DNA from: Acidimicrobiales bacterium
Lineage (GTDB): Bacteria > Actinomycetota > Acidimicrobiia > Acidimicrobiales > SZUA-35
DNA length: 61,178 nucleotides
Direction: 5' to 3'
NCBI GenBank assembly: GCA_038212405.1
Contig: JBBQUN010000002.1
Coordinates: 1 to 61,178 of the forward strand
Below, piece after piece: positions 1-8,064 of this stretch. The number at the start of each line of letters is the position of its first letter. Positions within the stretch are counted from its first letter, which is position 1. A program made the translations under genes and the position numbers. Under the pieces are notes generated by a model. That model was not told where the DNA came from. It did not search any database and saw only the letters and a list, made by a program, of their open reading frames with translations.

Positions 1-2
1 AG

Positions 3-239
3 CGTCGACAACCCGCCCGCTTCGCCAACATCTACTTCGACGCGCCCCGACCACCGGTCCAGGCCGTCCTCTGGCCCCCAGGCATCGAACACCACTGCAT
101 GCAACGACCTTCAGAAGCCGATCGGTGGATCGAGGCTAAGGTGGAACCATGCGTGGCCTGGAATCGAAGTCAGATGAAGTGTCGAAGCGAACCTACCAGT
201 CGCCGAAGCTGGAAGTCCTTGGCTCGGTCTCTGCGTTGA
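3..239 (+). CDS. Possible 3' end of an upstream gene entering from the left edge (function unknown)
   Basis: Frame 3 is open from the window edge, with clear G/C third-position bias over about nt 3-100 (..FANIYFDAPRPPVQAVLWPPGIEHH..). There is no stop until TGA 237-239, which would overlap the precursor gene. The bias fades after about nt 100, so the real end is unclear. Confidence 0.2.
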   Translation, partial: RRQPARFANIYFDAPRPPVQAVLWPPGIEHHCMQRPSEADRWIEAKVEPCVAWNRSQMKCRSEPTSRRSWKSLARSLR

Positions 240-319
240 CCGCGAGCGGTTCGGCCAACCAAATGGAGAATGACATGTCAAATCCGCCGCGGGTTGGGCC
301 TACCTTCAACATGGCCTAG
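149..319 (+). CDS. Lasso-peptide precursor A1 (56 aa)
   Basis: Not in the ORF track because it is under 60 aa. ATG 149 follows an AAGGTGGA Shine-Dalgarno; stop is TAG 317-319. Translation: MRGLESKSDEVSKRTYQSPKLEVLGSVSALTA / SGSANQMENDMSNPPRVGPTFNMA. The leader fits YxxPxLxxxGxxxxxTx exactly (Y16 to T31, Thr at -2). Core Ser1..Glu8 allows an 8-residue macrolactam. Third-position G/C bias supports this frame. Confidence 0.8.
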   Translation: MRGLESKSDEVSKRTYQSPKLEVLGSVSALTASGSANQMENDMSNPPRVGPTFNMA

Positions 320-373
320 CGGCAGGCCCGGTTCCGACCTTCCGGTGGTGGTCTTCCGAAATCCGGTGCGTGA

Positions 374-985
374 TTGGTTATCAACATGTTGGGCAACTTG
401 AGTGTGCACGGAGCTGCAGTTGTCGTTAGCCGAAGGGCTTTGGTCTTTCTCGCCCCTTCCGGATGGGGAAAGTCGACCATTGCGGCTGCATTTCATCGTC
501 GCGGGTTCGAGATTCTGACTGACGATCGGTTGCGGCTCGAGGTCACGGCCGAAGGTCAACTTGTGGCAACCCCGATCGATCGCTGCCTGAGGTTGTGGCC
601 CGAAACCGCTTCGCAACTCATGCCGGGCGGGGCCTTCGCTGCAGTCACGGGCGAGAAGCATCGGTTGGAACTGGACATTGCAGGCAACCGATCGGCTGGG
701 CAGTCGGTGGCCGCAATCTTCACGTTGGGGAGCCCATGCTCGACTGTTTCATGCGAGTTCCGGCCGCTCTCGGCGTCGGTAGCGGTGGCGACGCTTGTCG
801 CGAACTGTTTCCGGCCCGATCCATACGACGCTGACACCGTTCAGCAAATCTTCCAAGCTTGCGTCGAGGTTGTGAACGTCGTGCCCGTCATCGAGCTCGA
901 CTACAAACGTGATCTGGCGTCGCTCGATCATGTGCATGGACGCGTGCTCGAATACGTCGATGCGCTGCTGGGGGCAACTCCCTGA
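374..985 (+). CDS. HPr-kinase-like (HprK C-terminal domain family) putative peptide kinase, copy 1
   Basis: 203-aa ORF (TTG 374, or ATG 386). Motif pattern: SVHGAAVVV..ALVFLAPSGWGKSTIAAAF..G..ILTDD (P-loop GxxGxGKST followed by DD). It starts 55 nt downstream of precursor A1 on the same strand. Confidence 0.8.
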   Translation: MVINMLGNLSVHGAAVVVSRRALVFLAPSGWGKSTIAAAFHRRGFEILTDDRLRLEVTAEGQLVATPIDRCLRLWPETASQLMPGGAFAAVTGEKHRLELDIAGNRSAGQSVAAIFTLGSPCSTVSCEFRPLSASVAVATLVANCFRPDPYDADTVQQIFQACVEVVNVVPVIELDYKRDLASLDHVHGRVLEYVDALLGATP

Positions 986-989
986 AAGA

Positions 990-1277
990 TCAGGAATGAG
1001 AAGACCCGTCAATTTCGAGCAAGCCATGCCCCATTAAGCTGCCGGCCAGTTCCAGAACATCTGAGTGGATCTGGTCGAGGGGGGCATCGAACTCGGCCTC
1101 GACGGCGGCGACGGCGGCGTCGACGGTGCCACCCTCCTGCCACACGCCGAACGCACACGCGGCAACAGGGTTGAGGCCGATGTAGGACTCCGACGCCATG
1201 TCGAGCAGCACGGTCTCGTCGGCCACGCGTCGGGCCGTCACCGAGTCTGGAATCCGAAATCGGGTTGTGCCGTCCAC
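990..1277 (-). CDS. PqqD-family RRE protein, copy 1 (candidate lasso B1)
   Basis: This is the C-terminal 95 codons of the 222-aa ORF 990..1658. GTG 1277 is preceded by GAAGGTGGAAC. Sequence RFRIPDSVTARRVADETVLLDMASESYIGLNPVAACAFGVWQEGGTVDAAVAAVEAEFDAPLDQIHSDVLELAGSLMGHGLLEI matches the PqqD pattern. The upstream part of the long ORF overlaps the methyltransferase start region and is rejected. Confidence 0.7.
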   Translation of the reverse strand: MDGTTRFRIPDSVTARRVADETVLLDMASESYIGLNPVAACAFGVWQEGGTVDAAVAAVEAEFDAPLDQIHSDVLELAGSLMGHGLLEIDGSSHS

Positions 1278-1322
1278 GTTCCACCTTCGATCGACGAGTG
1301 CGCCGAGGGTAGTGTGCCACCG

Positions 1323-2498
1323 ATGAGCCAGAGCGAGTTGACCGAGCACGCCTCGTACGTGGCCGACGAAGTGAAGGTCGAGGCCTACCGCCGAGCTCTC
1401 ACCAACCTGGTGAAGCCGGGTGACGTCGTGATCGACCTCGGGTGCGGCAGCGGACTGCTCGGACTCCTTGCGCTCGAAGCTGGGGCCGGGTGCGTCATCG
1501 CCGTCGACTCCGGACCGATCCTCGAGGTGGCCCGAGACACCTTCGCCGCCAACGGCGTGATCGATCGAGTGCGCTTCCACCGAGGCGACTCGTCCACACT
1601 CGGGCTGAGCGAACCGGCCGACGTGGTGGTGTGTGATCAGATCGGTGGGTTCGCCCACGAAGTCGGCCTCACCAAGGTCGTCCGTGATCTGTTCGATCGT
1701 GGGGTCGCGAAGCCCGACGCCATCGTCGTGCCCGGCGGCTTCGAACTGTTCGTTGCCCCGGTGGCGCTGACAGCGGGCGATCCTCTCACGCCGTGGTCCG
1801 ACAACTCGACCGGTTTCGACTTCTCGCCCTTCGGTCGTTCCGCCGCGAACACACCGTTCCGGCTGACGGTCGATGCCTCGTCATTGCTCGGACCCGGGGT
1901 GATGGCCTGGGAACTCGACGCAACCGACACGTCGGCGATCTCGTTCGAGCTCGACCTCCCGATTGCCCGCGGCGGCAGATTCACGGGCCTCGTCGGCTAC
2001 ATGCGGGCCCACCTCGACCGGCACAACGGTGTCGTGCTGACCAACGACCCGAACGACCCCGGGCGATTCCGGAGATGGCACCTCTACCACCCCCTGGCGA
2101 CACCCATCGACGTCGCAGCGGGGGAGCGGGTGCACGCTTCGTTCGTCATCAACCAGCTCGGTCAGATCACCAAGTGGACCGTCGAAGTCGCCGATCACCG
2201 GCAGTCGATGTCCTCGTTCATCGGCGACTTCATCGATCCACTCGTCATGTTCGACCCACCGGCGGAGCGGCTGCTCACACTCAACCGGCCGGGTTTGGCC
2301 CGCCGCACCGCTCTCGATGCAATCGGCGATGGTGTGCTGTTCCCCGAGCTCGTCGAGCGGTTGGCCGTCGAGTTCCCCGATCAGTTCCCTACGCCCGACG
2401 AAGCCCGGAGGTTCGTTCGCGATCTGATCGGGCGCTACTGCGAACCCGGTCAGGACGCAGTGTCGAGCCCGGATGGTCGCAAGGGGAGCAGCGGGTGA
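1323..2498 (+). CDS. Class I SAM-dependent methyltransferase with PRMT-like core and a PqqD-like C-terminal extension
   Basis: ATG 1323 lies inside ORF 1065..2498. Motif I is VIDLGCGSGLLGLLALEAGAGCVIAVD. The motif II / acidic-loop region ADVVVCDQIGGFAHEVG resembles the PRMT double-E loop, and VVPGGFELFVAPV follows as in PRMTs. The last ~75 aa (LTLNRPGLARRTALDAIGDGVLFPELVERLAVEFPDQFPTPDEARRFVRDLIGRY) have the PqqD/RRE pattern. Confidence 0.7.
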   Translation: MSQSELTEHASYVADEVKVEAYRRALTNLVKPGDVVIDLGCGSGLLGLLALEAGAGCVIAVDSGPILEVARDTFAANGVIDRVRFHRGDSSTLGLSEPADVVVCDQIGGFAHEVGLTKVVRDLFDRGVAKPDAIVVPGGFELFVAPVALTAGDPLTPWSDNSTGFDFSPFGRSAANTPFRLTVDASSLLGPGVMAWELDATDTSAISFELDLPIARGGRFTGLVGYMRAHLDRHNGVVLTNDPNDPGRFRRWHLYHPLATPIDVAAGERVHASFVINQLGQITKWTVEVADHRQSMSSFIGDFIDPLVMFDPPAERLLTLNRPGLARRTALDAIGDGVLFPELVERLAVEFPDQFPTPDEARRFVRDLIGRYCEPGQDAVSSPDGRKGSSG

Positions 2499-2920
2499 TC
2501 GAAGGGTGGATGCACGGCGGCAACGTCGATCGGCTCACCGATCGGAACGCCATCCAGCTCGACCCAGGCATGGGCCCGCCCGCCCGAACCAAACCCCGAT
2601 CCGGCCCCGAGCCACAGTCGAGGTGATCGGCCCGACGAGGCCAGCATCAGCCACACGAATTGGGAACGGGCGAGGCACGACGAATCGTGCCGCCCGATCA
2701 GATGCCCTGCCCGCTTGGCCGCTCGAGCGACCGCCTCGGCATCCGGGCGCAGGCGGCCCCGAGTGAGATCGATCGCGGCGAGGGTCGACACCGCCGTCGT
2801 CGTCCGGCGCAGTGACCAGCGATTGGCGAGATGCAGAACCGGCACGATCACGACCGCCAGCGTCGTCAGCACGATGTCCGACACGAGACTCGAGCGTTCG
2901 AAGGTCGAAGGACGCCGCAT
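2450..2920 (-). CDS. Lasso-peptide B2 leader peptidase (transglutaminase-like cysteine protease), copy 1
   Basis: 156 aa. It carries the Cys...His signature of lasso B2 proteins: SSCLARSQFVWLML ... GRAHAWVELDGVPIGEP. Its 3' end overlaps the converging methyltransferase gene by 49 nt. Confidence 0.8.
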   Translation of the reverse strand: MRRPSTFERSSLVSDIVLTTLAVVIVPVLHLANRWSLRRTTTAVSTLAAIDLTRGRLRPDAEAVARAAKRAGHLIGRHDSSCLARSQFVWLMLASSGRSPRLWLGAGSGFGSGGRAHAWVELDGVPIGEPIDVAAVHPPFDHPLLPLRPSGLDTAS

Positions 2921-3027
2921 CGGTTCAGTGTGGTTCCCCGGCGATCGGTCTGCACCTTCGTCGAGAGCGCAGCGGTCGAATGACCCACGTCGTTGTGACT
3001 GGGCCGGCGGTGCACCATCATGACGGC

Positions 3028-4731
3028 ATGAGGCGTGTCCTGGTCACCGCATTCCAGGTCACGTTTGCTTCCGCTCGCCGGCTGGTCGTCGTCTCCTTTG
3101 CGCTCGAAGTCGTCTCGGCGCTGGCGCTCGCCGTCCAGCTGTACCTGTTGTCGGTGTTGCTGCGCCGGGTGCTCGACACGGCGACTCCGTTCGATCGACT
3201 CGGTCTCGTGGTCTGGCCACTCTTGGGGGTCGTCGCCACGTTCCTCCTGAGCCGGGTGGCATCGGCCATCGTGCGGGAACTGCGGTGGACGATTTCCGAA
3301 ACGGTCGCCGCCGACATCGAACGGGGTGTCATCGCCAGAGCGGCCGCCGCACCGCTGATCGAGTTCGACGACCCCGAGTTCCACAACCGCATCGAACGAT
3401 GCCGCAACGATGCCGCAGACCAGGTGTGGATGGTCGTCTCGGGCTTCGTTGGGCTCACCCGAGGGCTGCTGTCGTCGATTGCGGTCGCCGTCGTGATGGC
3501 GAGCATCGCCATCGAGCTCCTTTTCATCGGTGCGCTGGCGTTGGTTCCGACCGCGCTCACGCTGTCGCTGGTCTCTCGTCGACGCTACGCCCTCTACACC
3601 GATCTGACGGAGAACCAGCGGGAGCGCGGCTACCTGGTCGATCTCCTCACACAGCGTGCCGGCGCCAAGGAAGCCCGCATCTACCGGACGGCGTGGTCGC
3701 TTCGACCGCGATACGACGCGCTGGTCACGAGCCGCATCGCGCAGCTCCGAGCCGACACACGCCGCCGGGTCGTGCTCATCGCCGCAGGCGACGTGATGGC
3801 CGTCGTCATTCTCACGGTCGCCTTGCTGGTCGCCCTCGGCTTCGTAGCCGACGGTCGCATCAGCACCAGTGACGGTGGTGTCGCCGTGGCTGCGCTGTTC
3901 CAGCTCGTCGGATTGCTCACCGCAGCGGGTTCGGGCGCCGCGTCACTGAGGGGATCCTCCTTCCACGTCGCCGACTACCAGGCCTTCATCGACGGCGCCC
4001 CACCTGCCCCCGAGCTGGAAAGGGGCGGCACATTCGAGACGCTCGAGTTCCGAGACGTGTCGTTCACCTACCCCGGTCGTGATCGGTCGGTCTTCCCGCC
4101 GCTGTCCTTCACACTGCGCCGGGGTGACCTGCTCCTCGTCCGCGGGCCCAACGGGTCTGGCAAGAGCACCCTCGTTGCCATGCTGTGTGGGCTGCTCGAA
4201 CCGAGCGAGGGCATGATCGTGCTCGACGGTGAACCTGTCGACGACCCCACCGAACTCGCACGACGGTGTTCATTGCTGTTTCAGGACTTCATCCGTTTCG
4301 AACTCGAGCTCGGGCACGGCATCGGCATCGAAGACCAGCAACCGGACCCGGCGCGACTGGCGTCCGCGCTCGAACGATCAAGAAGCGAAACGATCGTCGA
4401 CGCCTTTCCCGACGGCGTCCATCAGCGCCTCGGTCGCACCTTCGCCAGCGGCCAGGAGCTCTCGGGTGGGCAGTGGCAGCGGCTCGCGCTGGCCCGAGCC
4501 CTCTACCATCCGACCACCCCGGTGCTCGTTCTCGACGAGCCGACATCCATGCAGGACCGTGACAACACCGAGGTCATCCACGGCCTGATTCGCCGATTGA
4601 GCGGGGAACGGACGGTCGTTCTCGTCTCGCATCGAGACGTTGGCGAACTCCAAGCCGATCTCACCATCGAACTCGGTGTCGACGGTACCCGGGCTCGAAT
4701 GATCGAGAACGATCGGGGCGGGACGGCATGA
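3028..4731 (+). CDS. ABC transporter, fused permease/ATPase (lasso-type exporter), copy 1
   Basis: The N-terminal TM region is followed by Walker A GPNGSGKST, ABC signature LSGGQWQRLALARAL and Walker B VLVLDEPTS. I prefer start ATG 3028 (or 2980). The ORF-track start at 2812 overlaps the divergent B2 gene. Confidence 0.85.
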   Translation: MRRVLVTAFQVTFASARRLVVVSFALEVVSALALAVQLYLLSVLLRRVLDTATPFDRLGLVVWPLLGVVATFLLSRVASAIVRELRWTISETVAADIERGVIARAAAAPLIEFDDPEFHNRIERCRNDAADQVWMVVSGFVGLTRGLLSSIAVAVVMASIAIELLFIGALALVPTALTLSLVSRRRYALYTDLTENQRERGYLVDLLTQRAGAKEARIYRTAWSLRPRYDALVTSRIAQLRADTRRRVVLIAAGDVMAVVILTVALLVALGFVADGRISTSDGGVAVAALFQLVGLLTAAGSGAASLRGSSFHVADYQAFIDGAPPAPELERGGTFETLEFRDVSFTYPGRDRSVFPPLSFTLRRGDLLLVRGPNGSGKSTLVAMLCGLLEPSEGMIVLDGEPVDDPTELARRCSLLFQDFIRFELELGHGIGIEDQQPDPARLASALERSRSETIVDAFPDGVHQRLGRTFASGQELSGGQWQRLALARALYHPTTPVLVLDEPTSMQDRDNTEVIHGLIRRLSGERTVVLVSHRDVGELQADLTIELGVDGTRARMIENDRGGTA

Positions 4732-4761
4732 GCCCGGTCACCGTTCCGACGCCATGAGCCG

Positions 4762-5505
4762 ATGATCGCTCAGCCGTTCCTGCTCATCGTCCTCGTTGTG
4801 ATCGGTATCGCGGCCGGATGGCTCGACACCCGTCGTGCGCCGACCCGAGGGTTCACGGGCCTGATCACCGCGGTTGCATTCGGGCTCGGATTCGTGCTCA
4901 CCCGAAAGGCATTCCGTCTGTCGTTGATCGGGTTCCCCGTCATCGGTCTCGGTGCGTCGATGGTGGGCGGTCGGTGGCGGTGGGGCGGAATCCTCACGGC
5001 CGTCGCAGGTGTCGGCGTGGTGACTTTCGTGTTGGGGAACGAAGTGTCGCCCGCGGTGACCGTCCCCGGCTTCGCCGTCCTCCTCATCGTGGGCTCGGGT
5101 AGTCGGGCGGAGACCGGCCGCGCCCTTGGCCCGCTCGTCGCTTTCTCCCTGATTTGCAGCCAGCTCGGTCTCTATGTCGCCGTTCCCGACACCGAGGCCG
5201 CGGTTGCCTCGGGTGGTGTGGCCATCGGCCTTGCCATTGCCGCAGTGCTCTTCAAGAGCGAGTCGCCCACCATCACTGCGGTCTCGGTGATCATGCTGAC
5301 GGCAATGCTCGGCTCGGCACGATCCACCGAGACGCTTCTCGGGACGTCGCCAGTATTGGGGGTCTTCGCGGTGCTTGCGATGCCTTCGATCGGCGTACGG
5401 CTCGAAGCACGCTTGGTGGCGGACCGACGCAAGCAGATGGTTGCGGCCATCGTCCATCTCGCCGCTTGCTCGCTGCCCCGGTGGCTCATCGTTGGTCACG
5501 TCTGA
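4762..5505 (+). CDS. Integral membrane protein, unknown function
   Basis: 247 aa, almost entirely hydrophobic Gly/Ala/Val/Leu-rich segments forming several predicted TM helices. It starts 30 nt after the ABC gene on the same strand. I recognise no family motif. Confidence 0.5.
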   Translation: MIAQPFLLIVLVVIGIAAGWLDTRRAPTRGFTGLITAVAFGLGFVLTRKAFRLSLIGFPVIGLGASMVGGRWRWGGILTAVAGVGVVTFVLGNEVSPAVTVPGFAVLLIVGSGSRAETGRALGPLVAFSLICSQLGLYVAVPDTEAAVASGGVAIGLAIAAVLFKSESPTITAVSVIMLTAMLGSARSTETLLGTSPVLGVFAVLAMPSIGVRLEARLVADRRKQMVAAIVHLAACSLPRWLIVGHV

Positions 5506-5509
5506 CGGC

Positions 5510-5794
5510 TCATTCGTTGGAGACCACCGCACCGAGATCGACGAGGTCGGCCATCACCTGTTCCATGTCGCTTCGGACAACATCGAGCGTGACATCAAAG
5601 ATCTCGACCAGTTCCTCCGCCAATTGCTCGACCGACACCGGTCGCTCGAGAGACGACCACACGATCGCCATCGGCGCTCCGAAGTGATTGACCTGGTCTT
5701 GCCCCGGTGGAATGAGAGCGACACCCTCGAGGACACGACGCCACAACACGTCGACCCGTCGTTGATACAACGGCGGTGCGTCTCGCTCAGTCAT
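5510..5794 (-). CDS. PqqD-family RRE protein, copy 2
   Basis: Start at MTERDAPPLYQRRVDVLWRRVLEGVALIPPG..VSVEQLAEELVEIFDVTLDVVRSDMEQVMADLVDLGAVV (PqqD pattern). Its ATG overlaps the stop of the upstream nucleotidyltransferase gene by 8 nt. Confidence 0.7.
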   Translation of the reverse strand: MTERDAPPLYQRRVDVLWRRVLEGVALIPPGQDQVNHFGAPMAIVWSSLERPVSVEQLAEELVEIFDVTLDVVRSDMEQVMADLVDLGAVVSNE

Positions 5795-6959
5795 CGAGCT
5801 GACCCCGTAGCTGCCTGACAGCTCGGCGAAGGTGACCTCGCTCGGTCCAACCTCGACTCTCGAGGTACTCCGGGCTGGGCCTGACGAGGGCATGAAGGTA
5901 CCGAGCCCGAGTCCGGACGCCGGGAATCACTGCCAGGGACGCGAACTGCGGCCAGTAGCCGCGTCCCTGGGTCGTGTAGCTACGAAGGAAGAGGACTTGG
6001 CGCCACGGCACCGACACGTCTGCGAGCCGTCGGATCGGATGATCGTCGGCCAGATCGAACGCCGCGATCGTTTCGACGGCGGCACGCCGGATCACGGCCT
6101 GGGCCTGCCAACGCCCACCCATCTCGATCAGGTCGTCCAGATGTTCGGGCCACCGTTCGACCAACAGCATCAAATCGCGCAACGAACCGAGCCGTGGCGG
6201 ATGGTTGCCGAGCGCCGCATCGAAGCATCCATGGATCAGCAGCCCCGTCGGGGTCAGCGTCGGGAGGGCTGTCCCGCCAATCGAGAAAATGTCAGATCCC
6301 AGGAAGAGTTCCTCGGGATCCATCGTCAGACCAAAGGGGCCCCGAGCGAACGTTCGGTGCACATCGACCTCGAGATCATCGACGCGGATCGTCACGTCTT
6401 TCGCGAACTCGAGATCGAAGCCAGTACGAACCTGGGCCTCTGGGCGAACACCGTCGAGATCGGACAGCAGGACCCGGATCGCTTCGTCGAGGTCATCGGA
6501 TCGGATGAGGATGTCGAGATCGACGAAGATCCGGTGTGATGGCTCCCCATACAGAAAATGGGCGAGTGCCACACCTTTCAGCATTCGGAAAGGAATGCTT
6601 GCCGAACCGAGCGCAGCAGCAACACGAAGGGTGGTCCGCTCCAGACGGAGCGAATGCGAGAGCCAGATGAGCAGCCGGTCGGACAAGCGGTCCATCAGGT
6701 CGTCGTCGAGTTCCCATTCCCCCCGCTCGATCGCGTCGCCGAGCGCGCCAAGGGTGCGGCTCCGTTCACACCGGTCGAGCAATTCGTCGAACTCGGCTGC
6801 GGTGAACTTCGCCGGTGGCTCGGGTACACCGCCTTGCAGTGGCATGGCGGCGATTGCGAGGAGCAGGCGATCGAGATCAGACCGCGCTGCGGGCGATCGT
6901 GTTCCTCGGATGGTCGAGGCGCCCATCCGGTCGATCATACTCGTGTCAATTGGGACCAC
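5787..6959 (-). CDS. Nucleotidyltransferase family protein (NTP_transf_5-like), copy 1
   Basis: 390 aa. Signature FRMLKGVALAHFLYGEPSHRIFVDLDILIRSDDLDEAIRVL (KG..a...Y....R...D.D.L), as in the uncharacterised nucleotidyltransferase family found in lasso clusters. Confidence 0.75.
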   Translation of the reverse strand: MVPIDTSMIDRMGASTIRGTRSPAARSDLDRLLLAIAAMPLQGGVPEPPAKFTAAEFDELLDRCERSRTLGALGDAIERGEWELDDDLMDRLSDRLLIWLSHSLRLERTTLRVAAALGSASIPFRMLKGVALAHFLYGEPSHRIFVDLDILIRSDDLDEAIRVLLSDLDGVRPEAQVRTGFDLEFAKDVTIRVDDLEVDVHRTFARGPFGLTMDPEELFLGSDIFSIGGTALPTLTPTGLLIHGCFDAALGNHPPRLGSLRDLMLLVERWPEHLDDLIEMGGRWQAQAVIRRAAVETIAAFDLADDHPIRRLADVSVPWRQVLFLRSYTTQGRGYWPQFASLAVIPGVRTRARYLHALVRPSPEYLESRGWTERGHLRRAVRQLRGQLDD

Positions 6960-7010
6960 TCCTCAGACTCGCCTCGGACCAGCGAGTCCTGCCACCGACA
7001 TCACAACGGC

Positions 7011-7928
7011 TCAGAAGAGTTCGAGCGATCCGAGGCTGAGCGCCAGGTTGTCCAAGCTGGGCGTGTTCGCATTGGCGAGTGTCCGCCATGTGAGTCTCGG
7101 GCCCAGTGGTGGTGCGGGCACGAATCCGTCTCGGAGGCCGAGACCGGCACCGATGGCCACGTCCGCTCGTGCCTCTCGGAGTAGCGAACCGATCGGCAGC
7201 GACGGAGCAAACACATCGCAGATCGAGAGTTCTCGCACCGAACCCCGAGTGCGCAACCGCACCACGGCTTCATCGGTGAACCGGTAGCCAAGAGGAGAGA
7301 AGCCGTAGCGCCAAGCCAGGTAGTCAGCCGAGATGGGCGTATGCCACCCGCTCGGAGGGTTCCACCTGTCGGCCAGGGCGGCAAGGTCAGGCGAGTCGGT
7401 TCCGATGCCCGACGGTTCGCCCCACTTGCCAGCGGCGACTCTGCTTCGAAGCAGTCGTGGCAGGGCGGTGGCGCTGCGAGGCCGTACGGCGATCGGTGCC
7501 CGCCCGACATCGGTCCAGCCCATCTTCAGATAGCCGGGCCGAGACTGATCGTTCGGCGTGTTGAAAACGCCATCGAAGCCCTCGGCCGTCAAGCTCTCCA
7601 CTGCTGCCCTCGTGAGCTTCGTGAATATGCCCTTGCCCTGATGCGAGGGCAGTGTTGCGGTGTCGACGGCACGAACCATCTGGAGCGTTTGAGCTCCACG
7701 TGCGAGCTGCCAACGCATCATCACCCGCACGCCGACGATGTCATCGTGATCGACAGCGACCCAGATCGGCGAGGGCCCGAAGTGATTGTCGCGATGCTTC
7801 CACCGAAAGAAGTCGACGTTGGGGTCGCCCGGCTTCCAGCCGAGAGCAGCGCCACAGCAAGCGACAACTGCCTCGAACTCGTGGTCTTCGGCTTGTCGGA
7901 TCTCAACGTCGTCGGTCACGACCACCAT
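7011..7928 (-). CDS. GNAT-family N-acetyltransferase
   Basis: 305 aa. The acetyl-CoA binding region reads MVRAVDTATLPSHQGKGIFTKLTRAAVESL (Q/RxxGxG/A motif). It lies on the same strand upstream of nucleotidyltransferase 1. Confidence 0.7.
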   Translation of the reverse strand: MVVVTDDVEIRQAEDHEFEAVVACCGAALGWKPGDPNVDFFRWKHRDNHFGPSPIWVAVDHDDIVGVRVMMRWQLARGAQTLQMVRAVDTATLPSHQGKGIFTKLTRAAVESLTAEGFDGVFNTPNDQSRPGYLKMGWTDVGRAPIAVRPRSATALPRLLRSRVAAGKWGEPSGIGTDSPDLAALADRWNPPSGWHTPISADYLAWRYGFSPLGYRFTDEAVVRLRTRGSVRELSICDVFAPSLPIGSLLREARADVAIGAGLGLRDGFVPAPPLGPRLTWRTLANANTPSLDNLALSLGSLELF

Positions 7929-8064
7929 TCTCGCAGCAGACGAGGCAACCCTGCTCGCGTTGAGGTTCTCGTTCCGGTGCGGTTACGAGCAGAGCAAGCC
8001 ATGCCCTCGGTGCCAGCTCACTCGCTACCGGCGAAGCGAACCTCGAGCTGCATGTAGGGGATTC

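Noticed and set aside
1-148. Interpreting the missing cyclase of the A1 sub-cluster as evidence for cyclase-independent or trans-acting biosynthesis
   Set aside because: The sub-cluster starts at the window edge and a coding frame runs in from the left. A second cyclase may simply lie upstream, so I report this as an open question only.
2812-3027. ORF-track start (2812) of ABC transporter 1
   Set aside because: The first ~70 codons overlap the divergent B2 peptidase gene and translate to Arg/Ser-rich sequence. The hydrophobic transporter N-terminus begins after ATG 3028 (or 2980).
6205-7287. Long antisense or alternative-frame ORFs, such as 6205..7287, 10227..11174, 16450..17469, 19095..20219, 19445..20272, 24130..25008, 51194..51886 and 59821..61023
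   Set aside because: These are typical shadow ORFs of high-GC DNA. Their translations are Arg/Pro/Ser/Gly-rich with no motifs, and each lies opposite or out of frame to a gene with clear family signatures and the correct GC3 bias.
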